A stretch of DNA of 64,000 bases from an uncultured Candidatus Competibacteraceae bacterium. GTDB taxonomy: Bacteria > Bacteroidota > Bacteroidia > CAIKAF01. Shown one piece after another: positions 40,699-50,854 of this stretch; the first letter of the stretch is position 1, and each line of letters opens with the position of its first letter. The notes beneath the pieces are model-generated. The model saw only the letters and a list, made by a program, of their open reading frames with translations, did not search any database and was not told where the DNA came from. Location of the stretch: the NCBI GenBank assembly GCA_964578885.1, contig CAZOEO010000019.1:245-64244 (forward strand). Reading direction: 5' to 3'. The translations under genes and the position numbers were made by a program.

Positions 40699-41104
40699 TG
40701 GTAAGCTGCACCATGCGGTGATTTTGCAGAGAAAAGCTACAGGCAGAAAAATCCGGAGGACCGAATCGGCCGTGTGCATCATTTGAAAAGCCATAGCTCT
40801 CAGTAGGAATGCCTAAGAAATTGGTATCCAATACACCATTTCCATTTTCATCGTGAAAAACGGCCAAAGCATAGGTACCAGGTTTTAAATTTGGAATAGA
40901 TAATACCAAATTGCCCGGACGAGCTGGTTGTTCGGAAGAAGCCACCGCATATGACTTGTCCCGAAAACCATTGGCTTGGTTGTAGACCCCAATCAAAATT
41001 TTTCCTTTGGCCGATGGAATGCCACGCACCTCTACTTTTAATTCAAAAGTCTGGGCCATAAGTGAGCCTCCCAAAAAAATAAACAGGCTTAGTATCGATT
41101 TCAT
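40688..41104 (-). CDS. DUF2141-family secreted protein.
   Basis: AVFHDENGNGVLDTNFLGIPTESYGFSNDAHGRFGPPDF signature of DUF2141. Confidence 0.75.
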   Translation of the reverse strand: MKSILSLFIFLGGSLMAQTFELKVEVRGIPSAKGKILIGVYNQANGFRDKSYAVASSEQPARPGNLVLSIPNLKPGTYALAVFHDENGNGVLDTNFLGIPTESYGFSNDAHGRFGPPDFSACSFSLQNHRMVQLTIKK

Positions 41105-42852
41105 TCCTGATAAAGTGCCTCAATGCGCGCCGCATACCGCTCCATGATGGGCTTGCGCTTCAATTTCAACGTGGGTGTAAGTTCACCACCATCAATGGAA
41201 AATTCCTGAGGAAGCAGGTCAAATTTTTTAACTTGTTCCCATTGTCCAAACTGCGCATTAAGCCCTTGAATTTCTTTTTCAAATAATTGTCGCACAGATG
41301 GATGACCTACTACAGACTCCAGGGTCGGGGCGGGAATACCTTGTTCTTCGCACCATTTTCTTAAAGGCTCAAGGGCTGGAACCACTAAAGCCACCGGAAA
41401 CTTCCGATTTTCTCCCACCACAATGATTTGCTCAATATAAATGGACTCTTTGAACTTATTTTCCATGGGCTGGGGCGCCACATATTTTCCACCGGACGTC
41501 TTAAATACTTCTTTTTTCCGATCGGTAATTTTCAGGAAACCATCTGCGGATAATTCGCCCACGTCACCTGTATAAAACCAACCGTCTTTCAATACTTCAG
41601 CCGTTTGTTCGGGTTTGTTGTAATAGCCCATCATCACGTTTGGACCTTTACACAGAATTTCACCGTCTGCGGCAATTTTCACCTCCACGCCGGTAATCAC
41701 TGGCCCAACTGAACCAAATCTACGGCCTTCTTCCTCAAAACGATTCACCGTAATCACAGGACTTGTTTCCGTAAGCCCATACCCTTCTAATACAGAAATG
41801 CCTGCAGAAGTAAAGACCCTGGCCAACCGCGGTTGCAAGGCGGCGGCACCACTCACAATCACGCCCACATTTCCGCCAAGCGCTTCACGCCATTTACTGA
41901 AAATGAGTTTGTCGGCGATTTTTAAACGGAAATGATACCACCAGCCATTGGACTGCTTAAGTTCGTAGGTATGCCCCAATGCCAGCGCCCAAAAGAACAA
42001 TTTCTTTTTAATGCCGGTAAGGTCATGCCCTTTGGCCACAATTTTATCGTACACTTTTTCCAGTAAACGCGGCACCGTGGTAAACGCATAGGGCTTCACC
42101 TCCTTCAAATTATCGGCAATGGTATCCATGCTTTCTGCATAATAAATGGACGCACCAAGTTTATGGTAGAGATAGCACACCATCCGCTCAAAAATGTGAC
42201 ATAGCGGCAAAAAGCTCAACACGGTTTTTTCCCGAAACATGGGGAAAATGGCGGAACAAGCATTGACGTTGGATAAAATATTGCTGTGACTCAGCATGAC
42301 ACCTTTAGGAAAACCAGTGGTACCGGAAGTGTAAATGAGGGTCATGAGTTGATCCGGCTTTACGGAATCTTTCCGAGCCTGAAGAACATCCGGCGCCGGA
42401 TGCTTTTTTCCCAATTCCAGCAGTTCCTTCCAAAGCGGAAATTCATCTGAGTTTTCAAACACATAAACCGCCACTTCAGGCGCCACGGACTTCACCTTGC
42501 GGGCGAGCTCGGTATTTTGTACAAAAGCGATACGTACCCCTGAATCTTGTAAAATGTAACCAAGGTCGTTTACCGACAAGGTTGGATATAGCGGAACGGT
42601 GATTCCTCCAACCTGGCTGGCGCCGAAATCCACAAAATTCCATTCCGGGCAATTAAAACTCATGATGGCAGCGCGGTCGCCCGGCGCAAAACCCCATTGC
42701 ATAAGGCCGTAACCTAAATCATCTATGATGGTTTGATAATCGGAAATCGTGTACGTGGTCCATTGGCCGTTTCTTTTGCCACCCAATAATATACGATTGG
42801 AAAATTCTGCAGCTGCAAAAGGTATGAGGTCAAAATTTCTGGTTGGTTCCAT
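41101..42852 (-). CDS. Long-chain-fatty-acid--CoA ligase (AMP-dependent synthetase/ligase). Start set at MEPTRNFDL; the track ORF extends 41 codons further.
   Basis: TSGTTGFPKGV AMP-binding motif; YGLTETS; C-terminal LPQEFSIDGGELTPTLKLKR. Confidence 0.85.
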   Translation of the reverse strand: MEPTRNFDLIPFAAAEFSNRILLGGKRNGQWTTYTISDYQTIIDDLGYGLMQWGFAPGDRAAIMSFNCPEWNFVDFGASQVGGITVPLYPTLSVNDLGYILQDSGVRIAFVQNTELARKVKSVAPEVAVYVFENSDEFPLWKELLELGKKHPAPDVLQARKDSVKPDQLMTLIYTSGTTGFPKGVMLSHSNILSNVNACSAIFPMFREKTVLSFLPLCHIFERMVCYLYHKLGASIYYAESMDTIADNLKEVKPYAFTTVPRLLEKVYDKIVAKGHDLTGIKKKLFFWALALGHTYELKQSNGWWYHFRLKIADKLIFSKWREALGGNVGVIVSGAAALQPRLARVFTSAGISVLEGYGLTETSPVITVNRFEEEGRRFGSVGPVITGVEVKIAADGEILCKGPNVMMGYYNKPEQTAEVLKDGWFYTGDVGELSADGFLKITDRKKEVFKTSGGKYVAPQPMENKFKESIYIEQIIVVGENRKFPVALVVPALEPLRKWCEEQGIPAPTLESVVGHPSVRQLFEKEIQGLNAQFGQWEQVKKFDLLPQEFSIDGGELTPTLKLKRKPIMERYAARIEALYQE

Positions 42853-42961
42853 GGCAAACGTTTGTGGTTTGAAGTAGAATGCCGACATTCGAAGGCTCAT
42901 AAAAGTATGAAAACCCCCGTTCTTCGTGAAATCTAACGAAACAAAAAAACTTATATTCTGT

Positions 42962-45409
42962 ATGAAACAAACCAAATTATGGGTTTTTAGTTTAGTAACC
43001 CTGGCGTCTATTACCTTTTTGTATGCACAGCAACCTCTTCGTAATTACGCTACTGATGAAGCGGCGCCCCCAAGAGCACATGAGGTAGATTTTAAAAATC
43101 TTCGCTTAGACGTATCGTTTGAGCCCGTTATAAAAAAAGTGAAAGGAAAAGTGACGCATACCTTTGTACCCTTGCGACAAACGGTAGATTCTTTGTTTTT
43201 GGATGGACCTGGCATCACTTGTACCGAAGCCTTGCTCAATGGAAAATCGGTGCGCATGGAAAAAAGAAACGACGGCTGGATGTTCTACTTTCAACCGGGC
43301 CTGAAGTACGGACAAAGCTCCGAGCTCACCATTTCTTACGAAGCCACCCCCAACAAAGGAATTTATTTTATCGGCTGGGACGATCCCACCGGAAAATGCA
43401 GAAAACAAATTTGGACCCAAGGTCAGGCGGAAGACAACCGATATTGGATTCCCATGTACGACGGACTCAATGACAAAGTTGTATCCGACGTTACAGTGAC
43501 CTTTCCCAAACCTTATTATGTCCTGTCGAATGGCAACCGTGTAGAAAAAAAAGAACTACCGGACGGACAAGTCCGCTGGCGCTATGTTATGCCCAAGCCG
43601 CATGCCACATACCTCATTATGATTGGCATTGGAGAATATCAGGTAGAAACGCGAAAATCCGCTTCCGGGATTCCAATGACCCTGCTCTATTATCCGGATC
43701 AGGCAGATAGGGTGGAAACCACCTACCGCTATAGCGTAGAAATGTTCGACTATTTTGAAAAAGAAATTGGATTCCCATATCCCTGGGGAACTTACGCCCA
43801 GATTCCTGTTCAAGATTTCATGTACGGTGCCATGGAAAACACCACCGCCACTGTATTTGGCGACTTTTTCAACGTGGACAAACGAGGGTACAACGACCGA
43901 AATTATGTAGGCGTAAATGCGCATGAACTGGCGCACCAATGGTTCGGAGATCTAATTACGGCCCGGTCACCAGCCCATCATTGGTTACAGGAAAGTTTTG
44001 CGACTTATTACAATATGTTGTACGAAAGAGAAGCTTTCGGACAGGAATATTTCGACTGGTCAAGACGCAGTGCGGCCCTCAGGGCATTTGGTGCGTCCAA
44101 AGAAGATCTTTTGCCCATTGCGCATTCTCGCGCTGGTTCAGCCCGGTTTTATCCAAAGGGCGCACTGGTTTTGCACATGTTACGGGAAATGATTGGTCGT
44201 GAAGAATTTAACCGATCCATCCTCCATTATTTGCAGGAGCACCAGTTTCAAAATGTAGACAGCCACGACTTATTGAATGCCTTTGCAGAAGCCACCGGAC
44301 ATAGCCTAGATTGGTTTTGGGACCAATGGGTACTGAAAGGTGGTGAACCGGAATTCAAGGTAAGTCACCAGCTAATCTCCATCGATGGAAAAAATCACAT
44401 GGCATTTCAAATACGCCAAGTGCACGGGTTAAACGACTTAAACAGTGTCTTTTCCCTTAAAACCACTGTATCCGTTTACAATGCAGCCGGCGAGCGGTTG
44501 GTTCAGCAAGTCTATGTGAAAGAACGTGAAACCTACGTCACCATGCGCTTACCCGACGGTTTCGTCCCCGCTTTTGGCCTGTTCGACGAAGGGGCCACCC
44601 ATTTGCGGAAGCTTCAATATGAGGGACGAACTCCCGAACAATGGAAAGCGCAAGCGCGCCTGGCTCAAAATGTGCTGGATCGGTATGATGCAGTAGTCGC
44701 ATTACAATCCCAACCCTGGGAAAGTAAAGTGGCGCTTTATTTACCCTTACTGGCAGGAAAAACATATTTCCCCATCAAAGCAGAAATGGCCAAACAAGCC
44801 TTAAAGGCGGCCGAAAAAGATGAGTCGGCCCGCGCCTTTTTCCTAAGCGCACTGATAGATGAAGACCAACAAACCAGAAAAGAAATCCTGCGCCACATGG
44901 GCAGCCCAATGCCTTATATGGCGGACGCTTTGGTGAAACAATTCTCGTGGGACGATGCCAGCTACGACTTACTGGGAATGGCCATGGAAGCGTTGGCAGA
45001 ATTAAACGACGGCCGAATCGACAGTCTGCGGAAAGCAACGGGCTCGTTGTTGGGCAATCGCGGACATCAATACAGAGTCACCTGGTTAGAAGTAGGTGTA
45101 AAAACCAAGCAGGCCGATGCCAACGATGCTTTGGCTGAATTGGTTTTGCGATGCGGTCCGTCCTATGATTTCCTGACTCGCGTGGCCGCCTGGCAAGCGC
45201 TCTTCCGATTGAATCATTTGAACACCCAAATGCTCGATTACGCCCCACAAGCGCTACAATCCAGCAACACACGTTTGTCCGGCCCCATCCGACAAGTTCT
45301 TCGTGATTTTGCCAAACAACATCCTCATGCAAGCACCATCAAAGAATGGATCAACGCCAATGCGAATCATAAAAATCTGATGTGGACCGCCGCTGGTTTG
45401 GAAAAATAA
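42962..45409 (+). CDS. M1-family zinc aminopeptidase (aminopeptidase N-like), secreted. Start set at MKQTKLW (signal peptide).
   Basis: GAMENTT plus HELAHQWFGD(x18)E zinc-binding gluzincin motif. Confidence 0.85.
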   Translation: MKQTKLWVFSLVTLASITFLYAQQPLRNYATDEAAPPRAHEVDFKNLRLDVSFEPVIKKVKGKVTHTFVPLRQTVDSLFLDGPGITCTEALLNGKSVRMEKRNDGWMFYFQPGLKYGQSSELTISYEATPNKGIYFIGWDDPTGKCRKQIWTQGQAEDNRYWIPMYDGLNDKVVSDVTVTFPKPYYVLSNGNRVEKKELPDGQVRWRYVMPKPHATYLIMIGIGEYQVETRKSASGIPMTLLYYPDQADRVETTYRYSVEMFDYFEKEIGFPYPWGTYAQIPVQDFMYGAMENTTATVFGDFFNVDKRGYNDRNYVGVNAHELAHQWFGDLITARSPAHHWLQESFATYYNMLYEREAFGQEYFDWSRRSAALRAFGASKEDLLPIAHSRAGSARFYPKGALVLHMLREMIGREEFNRSILHYLQEHQFQNVDSHDLLNAFAEATGHSLDWFWDQWVLKGGEPEFKVSHQLISIDGKNHMAFQIRQVHGLNDLNSVFSLKTTVSVYNAAGERLVQQVYVKERETYVTMRLPDGFVPAFGLFDEGATHLRKLQYEGRTPEQWKAQARLAQNVLDRYDAVVALQSQPWESKVALYLPLLAGKTYFPIKAEMAKQALKAAEKDESARAFFLSALIDEDQQTRKEILRHMGSPMPYMADALVKQFSWDDASYDLLGMAMEALAELNDGRIDSLRKATGSLLGNRGHQYRVTWLEVGVKTKQADANDALAELVLRCGPSYDFLTRVAAWQALFRLNHLNTQMLDYAPQALQSSNTRLSGPIRQVLRDFAKQHPHASTIKEWINANANHKNLMWTAAGLEK

Positions 45410-46794
45410 AAAATGTTTTACTGTGGGTCATTCCCATGGTCTTACTGGCTTTACCAGTAAGAGCGTATTTATTTAGTGTTTTCGATCATAACGAACACAT
45501 GTACCTCGCTGCCGCCGAAGGGCTGGCCAGCGGAAAAACACTCTACAAAGACTTTGCTTTTCTCCAAATGCCCCTGCAACCTTGGGGCATTTGGTTTGTT
45601 AAGGTTTTGTCTTTCAGTACCTCCTGGATTTGGTCCGGAAAAACTTTGAGTTGGTTGGCCTGGATTGGCGTATGCGTCACCACATTTTTATTGGTTCAAA
45701 AAGGAGAAAAAACCTGGCTTTCGGCCACCCTGGTCGCTCTTTGTGTGGGTTTACACCCAACCGTTCTCCGCTGTGCCATGGAATCCAGCAACTACATCCT
45801 TCCGGCATGGTGCTGTTTGATGGCTTGGTGGAATCAGAAGCACAACGAAAAATCCTGGGGTGCATTTGCCGCCGGATGCTGGATGGCACTGGCTGTGTCT
45901 ACCAAACTTTTTTACCTTGCCTTTCTGCCGTTTATTTTTCTTTCTACTCCGAAAAACAAGAGGTACTGGAGCTTGGCGGGAATCACCATAGGTCTGTGGC
46001 CAGCTTTGTACTATTTGTTTAGATTTCCAGACGATTTTTTCTTTCAGAACTGGACGTTTCATCATATGACTTCGGCTTGGAGGGCATCGCTAAATTCAGG
46101 TACAGGATTCACCTGGATACAAAAACTTCAGTTTTTCAAAGAATGGCTCGCCCACTGGCCCACCGCAGTTTGGATGATGGCCGCTTTGTGGGTTGGTTTT
46201 CAACATGGAAAAAAGCAGGGTTACTGGCAGTTTGGTCTGGGAATGGCGGTGTTTGTTCTGTCCATTTTCGTAGCGGTGTATCCGGCACCGTTATTTGAAC
46301 AATACATGTTGTTGCCATGGTTGGGCGGGGTTTTCCTGCTGTCGCAGGCGCCCAGATTCTCCTTTCGTGTTTGGATAATCCTGGCCTTAGTGCACGTTTG
46401 GTCCGATCCCATGGGCATTTTATATCGTCCGTTCAGAAGTTCATTTGTATCAGAAAGCATCGCCATTGGAGAAAAAATAAAAGCGGAAGGGGCTTCATCA
46501 GATTGGAACGTCGCAGGATTTTCGCCAACCTACGGACTTGAAGCCGGTTTAACGATTCCGGATGTTTGGCGCACAGGCATTTTCCTAAGCCGATTAGATG
46601 AGCGCCTTCATGACGACGAGCGCTGGATTCGGCTAATGGACATGGACACGGCGTTGACAAAAATGCAGCCAGAGGTCATCATCACTGGAGAAGAAGGGGC
46701 TTACGATAATGGATTAGCCTCTTTTGCCCAGACCCATTCATACCGGCTTTTGGAAGGAACCGGCCACCTGAAAGTCTGGATTTTACCCAAATAA
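45382..46794 (+). CDS. Polytopic membrane protein, DUF2029/glycosyltransferase-like (about 10-12 TM helices).
   Basis: Hydropathy only; start uncertain. Confidence 0.45.
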   Translation: MDRRWFGKIKNVLLWVIPMVLLALPVRAYLFSVFDHNEHMYLAAAEGLASGKTLYKDFAFLQMPLQPWGIWFVKVLSFSTSWIWSGKTLSWLAWIGVCVTTFLLVQKGEKTWLSATLVALCVGLHPTVLRCAMESSNYILPAWCCLMAWWNQKHNEKSWGAFAAGCWMALAVSTKLFYLAFLPFIFLSTPKNKRYWSLAGITIGLWPALYYLFRFPDDFFFQNWTFHHMTSAWRASLNSGTGFTWIQKLQFFKEWLAHWPTAVWMMAALWVGFQHGKKQGYWQFGLGMAVFVLSIFVAVYPAPLFEQYMLLPWLGGVFLLSQAPRFSFRVWIILALVHVWSDPMGILYRPFRSSFVSESIAIGEKIKAEGASSDWNVAGFSPTYGLEAGLTIPDVWRTGIFLSRLDERLHDDERWIRLMDMDTALTKMQPEVIITGEEGAYDNGLASFAQTHSYRLLEGTGHLKVWILPK

Positions 46795-46796
46795 AA

Positions 46797-46822
46797 AAAC
46801 CGACCCTTTAGAGGTCGGTTTA
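46797..46822. terminator. Bidirectional terminator hairpin (aaccgaccctttagaggtcggtt) between convergent genes.
   Basis: Perfect 9-bp stem flanked by A- and T-runs. Confidence 0.6.
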
Positions 46823-46839
46823 TCTAAAAATATCGTGCA

Positions 46840-47166
46840 TTAAGGCTTCTCTGTTCTGGTAGCAGGAGCTGCTTTTTGCTGACGCTCGTTTCTGCGATTT
46901 TCGCGGGTTTGAGTAGCGGCTGCTTCATGCTTACCCTGACAACAAGACGCAGAAGCCGTTTCAGATTTACCATGGCAAGATGGTGCGGCTGCCGTTTCTG
47001 ACTTTCCTTTGCAGGAAGTAGCGGCTTCACCACTTTTTCCTTTCTTACAACAAGATGCAGGAGCTTGTTGGGTAGATGCGGCTTCGGCACGGGTTGTGGT
47101 TTGGGCAGAAATACCACCCAACAATCCCAGGCTAAAAACCAAAACGCTGAACATTTTCATAACCAT
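46840..47166 (-). CDS. Small secreted Cys-rich protein (108 aa) with four C(C)xGK(S/H)E(T)A(A) repeats.
   Basis: Signal peptide; repeats SCCKKGKSGEAAT / SCKGKSETAAAP / SCHGKSETASA / SCCQGKHEAAAT. Confidence 0.5.
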   Translation of the reverse strand: MVMKMFSVLVFSLGLLGGISAQTTTRAEAASTQQAPASCCKKGKSGEAATSCKGKSETAAAPSCHGKSETASASCCQGKHEAAATQTRENRRNERQQKAAPATRTEKP

Positions 47167-47270
47167 TGTTTCTTAAACTTCGTAAATATACAATTTTCAA
47201 CAATGAGCATCCCAAAAAACCTGCCTATTTTTGAGGATGATTCAGATATTAAGTTAAAATACGCTTAAAC

Positions 47271-47621
47271 ATGCGAATAGACCGATTTCACATTTTCAGC
47301 ATTTTTGGATTCATCTTCCTATCCACCAATGCATTAAAGGCCCAGGACACCCTTCGTTTTTCTACGCCTACCGTACTTTGCCAAATGTGCAAACGGACGA
47401 TCGAAAGAGAAGTAGGTTTTTTATCCGGAGTAAAGTGGGTGCAGGTAGATGTAGCCAAAAAAACGACGCAGGTGTTGGTAAAAGGAAAAAAAACCACGGC
47501 AGAACTCATTCGAAGCACCATTGCCAATAGTGGCTATGAGGCAGATGGGCAGCCCGCCAATCCAAGCGCCTATCAGCAACTTCCCGATTGTTGCCGTAAA
47601 GAATCCACCACCCATGAGTGA
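47271..47621 (+). CDS. Secreted heavy-metal-associated (HMA)-like domain protein (putative periplasmic metallochaperone).
   Basis: Signal peptide; LCQMCKRTIEREV (MxCxxC-like) with a following beta-alpha-beta-beta-alpha-beta-like pattern; C-terminal DCC. Confidence 0.5.
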   Translation: MRIDRFHIFSIFGFIFLSTNALKAQDTLRFSTPTVLCQMCKRTIEREVGFLSGVKWVQVDVAKKTTQVLVKGKKTTAELIRSTIANSGYEADGQPANPSAYQQLPDCCRKESTTHE

Positions 47622-48729
47622 GCATGTGGTTACAGACCTGCAATGGAATGACGTCTGGTCGAAAGTAGCACCGGCCACACTGGCTGAATCTTATGACAAT
47701 GTCGGCTGGCTCATCAAAACCAAATCCTCCTTTTCGCGCGCTTTACTGACATTAGATATTACGCCGGAAGTATTGGAGGAGGCCATATTACGTAGATGCG
47801 ATTTGGTGGTTTGTCATCATCCGCTCATTTTTAAAGCGGTCAAACAAATTCACGCTTCAGATCCCATTGGAAGCATGCTCATTCGGGCCATCCAAGCTGG
47901 GCTGTCGATTTTTTGTGCGCACACCAACTTAGACAATGTCTGGCAACATGGTGTAAATCAAAAATTAGCGGAAAAGCTAGGCCTGCATCTATCCACTTGT
48001 GAAATTTTGCAGCCAAAATCCGGCGATTTACGAAAATGCGTGGTGTATGTACCGGGCTCTTACCGAGATCAGGTATTGGAAGCCATGTTCGAAGCCGGGG
48101 CGGGAAAAATTGGCGCTTATGCAGAATGCAGCTTTAGAACCACTGGAACGGGGACTTTTTTACCCGAAGACGATGCGAAGCCATTTTCCGGAAAAATAGG
48201 GCAGCGTAGCGAAGAAATGGAGGAAAAACTGGAAGTGCTCGTTCCTTCCTGGCGTATGCAAGCGGTGCTTCAGGCAGCCAGACAGGTGCATCCTTACGAA
48301 ACCATGGCTTATGAATGGTTGGTGTTGGATAATGTACATCAGGAAATTGGCAGTGGCGCAGTGGGACGTTTACCCGAACCGATGCTATTGCAGGATTTTC
48401 TGACCCAAACCAAACAGGCGCTTGGCGTGCCTGTGTTGCGGTGGTCCGGCCCTGAACAGCTCATGGTAGAAAAAGTGGCAATATGTGGTGGTTCCGGCGC
48501 TTTTCTGATTCCGGCGGCACAAAAATCAGGCGCACAAGTATTTTTAAGTGCAGATTTAAAATACCATGACTTTTTTCTGACCAGATCCAATTTTGCCCTA
48601 ATTGACACAGGACACTTTGAAAATGAGCAATTTACAACTGAAATATTCTTTGAGGTAATTCGGAAAAATTTTCCTAATTTTGCCGTCCTGAATTCAGAAG
48701 TACGTACTAATCCAGTTAAATTTTATTGA
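47614..48729 (+). CDS. Nif3-family dinuclear metal centre protein (YqfO/GTP cyclohydrolase 1 type 2 homolog). Start set at MSEHVV.
   Basis: Nif3 N-terminal AESYDNVGWLIK and C-terminal IDTGHFENE motifs. Confidence 0.85.
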   Translation: MSEHVVTDLQWNDVWSKVAPATLAESYDNVGWLIKTKSSFSRALLTLDITPEVLEEAILRRCDLVVCHHPLIFKAVKQIHASDPIGSMLIRAIQAGLSIFCAHTNLDNVWQHGVNQKLAEKLGLHLSTCEILQPKSGDLRKCVVYVPGSYRDQVLEAMFEAGAGKIGAYAECSFRTTGTGTFLPEDDAKPFSGKIGQRSEEMEEKLEVLVPSWRMQAVLQAARQVHPYETMAYEWLVLDNVHQEIGSGAVGRLPEPMLLQDFLTQTKQALGVPVLRWSGPEQLMVEKVAICGGSGAFLIPAAQKSGAQVFLSADLKYHDFFLTRSNFALIDTGHFENEQFTTEIFFEVIRKNFPNFAVLNSEVRTNPVKFY

Positions 48730-48732
48730 TAT

Positions 48733-49524
48733 ATGGCCACAAAACAGCCAGCACCGGTGAAGGAAATCAGCGTAGAAGACAAACTTCGGGCGTTAATGGA
48801 TCTTCAAATCGTGGACTCAAGGGTAGATCGAATCCGCACTGTTCGTGGAGAATTGCCTTTGGAAGTAGAGGATTTGGAGGCTGAACTGGAAGGTTTGCAA
48901 ACCCGCATTCAAAAGAAAAAGGACGAAATTGCTCAGCTGGATGCCGAAATTCAGGGCAAGAAAAACCTGATGAAAGAAGCGGCGACCTTGATTACCAAGT
49001 ACGAACAGCAGCAAATGAATGTTCGGAACAACCGTGAATTCGACTCTCTTTCCAAAGAAATTGAATATCAGTCTTTAGAAATACAATTGGCGGAAAAAAG
49101 AATCAAAGAATTCAAAGCCCGTATCGATTTATTTCAAGAAGATATCAAAGGATACGAAGTTCGTCTAGAAGAGCGTACTGCAGACCTTGGACATAAAAAA
49201 GCAGAACTGGACGCCATTATTGCTGAAACACAAAAAGAAGAAACGTCATTGGTTTCCTTCTCCCAGCAATTCGAAGTGCATATCGAAGAACGTTACTTAT
49301 CTGCTTATCGAAGAATTCGTGGCAATGCTTTCAACGGATTAGCTGTAGTTGCCATCGACAGAGATTCATGCGGCGGTTGCTTTAACATGATTCCACCACA
49401 ACGTCAGCTCGATATTGCTCAAAGAAAGAAAGTAATTGTATGCGAGCATTGTGGACGTATTTTGGTAGATAATCTCCTCGCAGAAGAAGAACTTGAGAAA
49501 ATCAACGGAATGATTGTTTCTTAA
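48733..49524 (+). CDS. C4-type zinc-ribbon / coiled-coil protein (COG1579-like), the usual Nif3 partner.
   Basis: Long coiled coil plus C-terminal CGGC...CEHCGRIL zinc ribbon; conserved pairing with Nif3. Confidence 0.8.
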   Translation: MATKQPAPVKEISVEDKLRALMDLQIVDSRVDRIRTVRGELPLEVEDLEAELEGLQTRIQKKKDEIAQLDAEIQGKKNLMKEAATLITKYEQQQMNVRNNREFDSLSKEIEYQSLEIQLAEKRIKEFKARIDLFQEDIKGYEVRLEERTADLGHKKAELDAIIAETQKEETSLVSFSQQFEVHIEERYLSAYRRIRGNAFNGLAVVAIDRDSCGGCFNMIPPQRQLDIAQRKKVIVCEHCGRILVDNLLAEEELEKINGMIVS

Positions 49525-49541
49525 AACAATCTAAATCCATA

Positions 49542-49572
49542 CATCAGACAAACGCTCCCAAAAGGAGCGTTT
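49542..49572. terminator. Terminator hairpin (aacgctcccaaaaggagcgtt + T-run).
   Basis: Stem-loop plus ttttttatttt. Confidence 0.6.
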
Positions 49573-49573
49573 T

Positions 49574-50854
49574 TTATTTTACATATCTGGCATAAATGGC
49601 TTTATACGCCTTTCCGCAATGTTCCATGGAAAAGGGCAGAAAGGCCTTTTGGGCATTTTCGGCCAACCTTTCATAAAGAATGGAATCCGTGATTAACTGC
49701 TCCATGGCTTCTGCGCATCTTTCCACAGAAGGAACCACATTAGGAACATCAGAAATGAGAAGTCCCGCACTTTGTTCCGAACCGGCTTGAATCATGCTTG
49801 CCATATCGCCATGCCGGGTCACGATCACGGGTAAACCATGCGCCAAATATTCAATAAGACTGTATGGCGTGCTTTCAGAGGGAAACCACGAAGGCAGAAG
49901 ACCAACATGGCTTTCTTTTAAATAAGGACTGGCTTCTTTTACCAGACCTGTAAAAACGATAGAGGCATCGTCGGCATGCTTTTGATGTAATTGACCCAAC
50001 GCATCTTCCAAAGGTCCGACTAAAACCAGGCGGGTTTCAGGAAAACGCGCATGCACTTTTTTAAACGCTTCTATGGCGACTTCCCAGCCTTTAGACGCTG
50101 TTGCCCGGGCGACCATACAAAAGGTAAAAGGCAGGTTCGACGCTTTGACAAAGGCAGGAACGGGATCCAAACCAAGGGAAATTTGTTGACAAGACGGCAA
50201 ACGCTCCACACCCAAGGAGGGCAACCATGCAATATTAGGTGCCCCAACATAGGTGAGCACTTGCACGCATGACAAAAAGGATTTCAAATGTGCTTCTACC
50301 TCCTGTTTTACGACGGGCGATAAACCGGCTATATTGGCCAGGTTATAATCTCCATGCATAGTAATCATCCAGGGAAGATTCGTTTTTTTCTTCAACCAAA
50401 AACCCAGCACATCTGCCGAATAACTATGCGAATGGAGAAAACGAATGTGGTGTCTGCGCAGACTTTTCAGCAATTGGCGTCGTTGCCAGGCTTGGTTCCA
50501 TTTTCTATGTAACTCCTGGATACCGACAAAAGAAGCCAACACACTGCATTTCCAGAACAAATGATTTAAAAATGGCGGTAGAAGCGGACGCTCCTCAAGA
50601 AAAGTTACACCCGCTTGTTCAAACAAAACTTTGAAATCCGGATCGGCAACATGTGGTCGCCGGTCCAAAATAAAAATCCGATAATCGGATTGCAGTGCCT
50701 TGGCCAATCGCAAAAGAAAAACCTCCGCCCCACCAAGTCGTACCTCATTGATAATAAATAATATCCCAGGCTTTTCCAATGGAATTTGCTTATCGATTAT
50801 TTTGATTGAGCTAAAAATAGGGTTTGCCAAAGATCCTGATACTGAGCTGCACAA
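49574..50854 (-). CDS. Glycosyltransferase, GT4-like (426 aa); true start probably downstream of the track start.
   Basis: N-terminal ILFIINEVRLGGAEVFLLRL; C-terminal GT4-type ...RFPETRLVLVGP... Confidence 0.7.
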   Translation of the reverse strand: MCSSVSGSLANPIFSSIKIIDKQIPLEKPGILFIINEVRLGGAEVFLLRLAKALQSDYRIFILDRRPHVADPDFKVLFEQAGVTFLEERPLLPPFLNHLFWKCSVLASFVGIQELHRKWNQAWQRRQLLKSLRRHHIRFLHSHSYSADVLGFWLKKKTNLPWMITMHGDYNLANIAGLSPVVKQEVEAHLKSFLSCVQVLTYVGAPNIAWLPSLGVERLPSCQQISLGLDPVPAFVKASNLPFTFCMVARATASKGWEVAIEAFKKVHARFPETRLVLVGPLEDALGQLHQKHADDASIVFTGLVKEASPYLKESHVGLLPSWFPSESTPYSLIEYLAHGLPVIVTRHGDMASMIQAGSEQSAGLLISDVPNVVPSVERCAEAMEQLITDSILYERLAENAQKAFLPFSMEHCGKAYKAIYARYVK

